Of a DNA stretch of 64,000 bases, positions 62,639 to 64,000 are shown piece after piece (within the stretch, counting starts at the first letter, position 1; every line of letters begins with the position of its first letter). The notes beneath the pieces are model-generated. The model ran no database searches. It saw only the letters and a program-made list of their open reading frames with translations, and was not told the DNA's origin. Position numbers and translations under genes: made by a program. The DNA is from Nitrosopumilus sp. (lineage in GTDB: Archaea > Thermoproteota > Nitrososphaeria > Nitrososphaerales > Nitrosopumilaceae): positions 1,632,001 to 1,696,000 of the forward strand of contig OZ242041.1 in assembly GCA_965205215.1 (NCBI GenBank), given 5' to 3'.

Positions 62639-62992
62639 ATGCGGCCTGTGAACAAGGCGCTAGAAAAGTCCCTAAAGGACGCCTCCAAGGAGGGAAACCT
62701 CACGCTGGGCGTAAAGCAGGTGCGCGGGGCACTCAAGGACTCCAAGCTTGTGGTGGTGTCTAGGTCCGCGGATTCCGCGGCATCAGCGTCAGGCGACACC
62801 GACGCCAGCAGCATAATACAAGAGGCAGAGAAGAACAGCATACCGGCAGTCATCTTTGAGGGCACGTCGGTGGCCCTAGGCAGGTTGTGCGGCCTGCAGT
62901 TCCGCACGTCGGCAGTCGCATTCTCCCCACTTGCAGAGATCAACGTCAACGAGATAACAAAGGACGAGGGGCATGACGCGGAAGGATCCTAG
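62639..62992 (+). CDS. rpl30e: Ribosomal protein L30e (L7Ae family)
   Basis: LG.KQV, F.GTSVALGRLCG.QFR; upstream of nusA-rps12. Confidence 0.88.
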   Translation: MRPVNKALEKSLKDASKEGNLTLGVKQVRGALKDSKLVVVSRSADSAASASGDTDASSIIQEAEKNSIPAVIFEGTSVALGRLCGLQFRTSAVAFSPLAEINVNEITKDEGHDAEGS

Positions 62993-63087
62993 TGCGGGGC
63001 GTACGAATATGACGACTATGGCGGCCAATCAAGCTTTAAATAATATTGCCAAATCGCGTTATCATCAGAGGTAGACAGGTATTTTTC

Positions 63088-63552
63088 ATGGCACAATCAA
63101 TAAAGTTATCCACCGAACAGATGCGCCTCATGTCACTCTTTCAGAACGTGACCGGCGCGACTGCAAAGGACTGCATCGAGGAAGAGAACCAGAACCGCGT
63201 CATATTCATAGTCAGCACCGGCAAGATGGGACTGGCCATCGGAAAGGGCGGGATGCACATAAAGTCGCTGCAGAATATGATAAAAAAGAGCGTCGAGCTC
63301 GTCGAGTTTGACGCGGATCCCGCAAAATTCCTTTCAAACCTGCTCAATCCAAAGCTGGTAATGGACGTAAAAATGACAAGCCGCAACGACGGTACAAAGC
63401 AAGCGGTAGTTACGGTCGACCCCCAGAAGAAAGGCATCGTGGTGGGCAGGGAGGGCAGAAACGCCCAAAAGGCAAGAATGCTTGCAAAGAGGTACTTTGG
63501 CATCACCCATGTGTTAATAAACGGCCCCGAAAGGGCGGCCATGGAGCTGTAG
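63088..63552 (+). CDS. nusA: Archaeal NusA (KH domain)
   Basis: MGLAIGKGG, KGIVVGREGRN..KAR.LAKRYF. Confidence 0.93.
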   Translation: MAQSIKLSTEQMRLMSLFQNVTGATAKDCIEEENQNRVIFIVSTGKMGLAIGKGGMHIKSLQNMIKKSVELVEFDADPAKFLSNLLNPKLVMDVKMTSRNDGTKQAVVTVDPQKKGIVVGREGRNAQKARMLAKRYFGITHVLINGPERAAMEL

Positions 63553-63555
63553 GCA

Positions 63556-63993
63556 ATGAGAAAATCACCGCTTGGTCTGTTTGCAGGAAGGGTTCTGACT
63601 GCCAAGAAGAAGGGACAGAGATGGTCCATATCCACGTACAAGCGCCGAGAGCTTGGCATAGACAAAAAGGCCGACCCGCTGGGGGGCTCCCCGCAGGCGC
63701 GCGGAATAGTCCTTGAAAAGGTAGGCATAGCTGCAAAGCAGCCCAACTCGGCGGTGAGAAAGTGCATCAGGGTACAGCTCATAAAGAACGGCAAGACCGT
63801 GACGGCGTTCCTGCCCCGTGACGGCGCGATGAACTTTATAGACGAGCACGACGAGGTTCACATACACGGAATGGGGGCCACCCAAGGCGGTGCCATGGGC
63901 GACCTGCCGGGCGTGAGGTTCAAGGTATTCAAGGTAAACGGCACATCACTGCACGAGCTTGTGATAGGCAAAAAGGAAAAGCCCAGGCGCTAG
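63556..63993 (+). CDS. rps12: 30S ribosomal protein S12
   Basis: [30 protein letters not shown]. Confidence 0.97.
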   Translation: MRKSPLGLFAGRVLTAKKKGQRWSISTYKRRELGIDKKADPLGGSPQARGIVLEKVGIAAKQPNSAVRKCIRVQLIKNGKTVTAFLPRDGAMNFIDEHDEVHIHGMGATQGGAMGDLPGVRFKVFKVNGTSLHELVIGKKEKPRR

Positions 63994-64000
63994 GACGTGG

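Overview
GC-rich chromosomal window from an ammonia-oxidising thaumarchaeon (Nitrosopumilaceae/Cenarchaeum-like, inferred from thaumarchaeosortase, F420 genes cofC/D/E, archaeal aroA'/aroB', futalosine pathway genes, Alba and archaeal ribosomal proteins). Most of it is housekeeping: proS, egtB/egtD, smc (frameshifted), scpA/scpB, dinB, dys, aIF1A, aIF5A, RNase P RNA, three tRNAs, endA and rpl30e-nusA-rps12. Accessory content includes an intact single-ORF IS66 with TIRs and an 8-bp TSD, and a decayed, apparently tandem integrative island at tRNA-Arg (about 41.6-44.9 kb). The main finding is a metallothionein-like domain family (CxC-x9-CxC-x5-CxC-x3/4-CxC-x4-C) seen three times. Two copies are 42-44 aa stand-alone genes below the ORF-track cutoff (43779-43907, 57833-57967), with an identical promoter core at identical spacing and poly-T terminators. 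The third is the cytoplasmic tail of a single-pass surface protein (28395-29771). Also notable: a 31-bp AT-rich repeat array upstream of one of these genes, a Cys/His tandem-domain protein, an orphan ParB-CTPase/RHH gene near scpAB, two GTLPKGF-motif paralogs, and a duplicated micro-ORF running in frame into aIF1A. All calls come from reading the sequence and recalled family motifs; no database searches were run.
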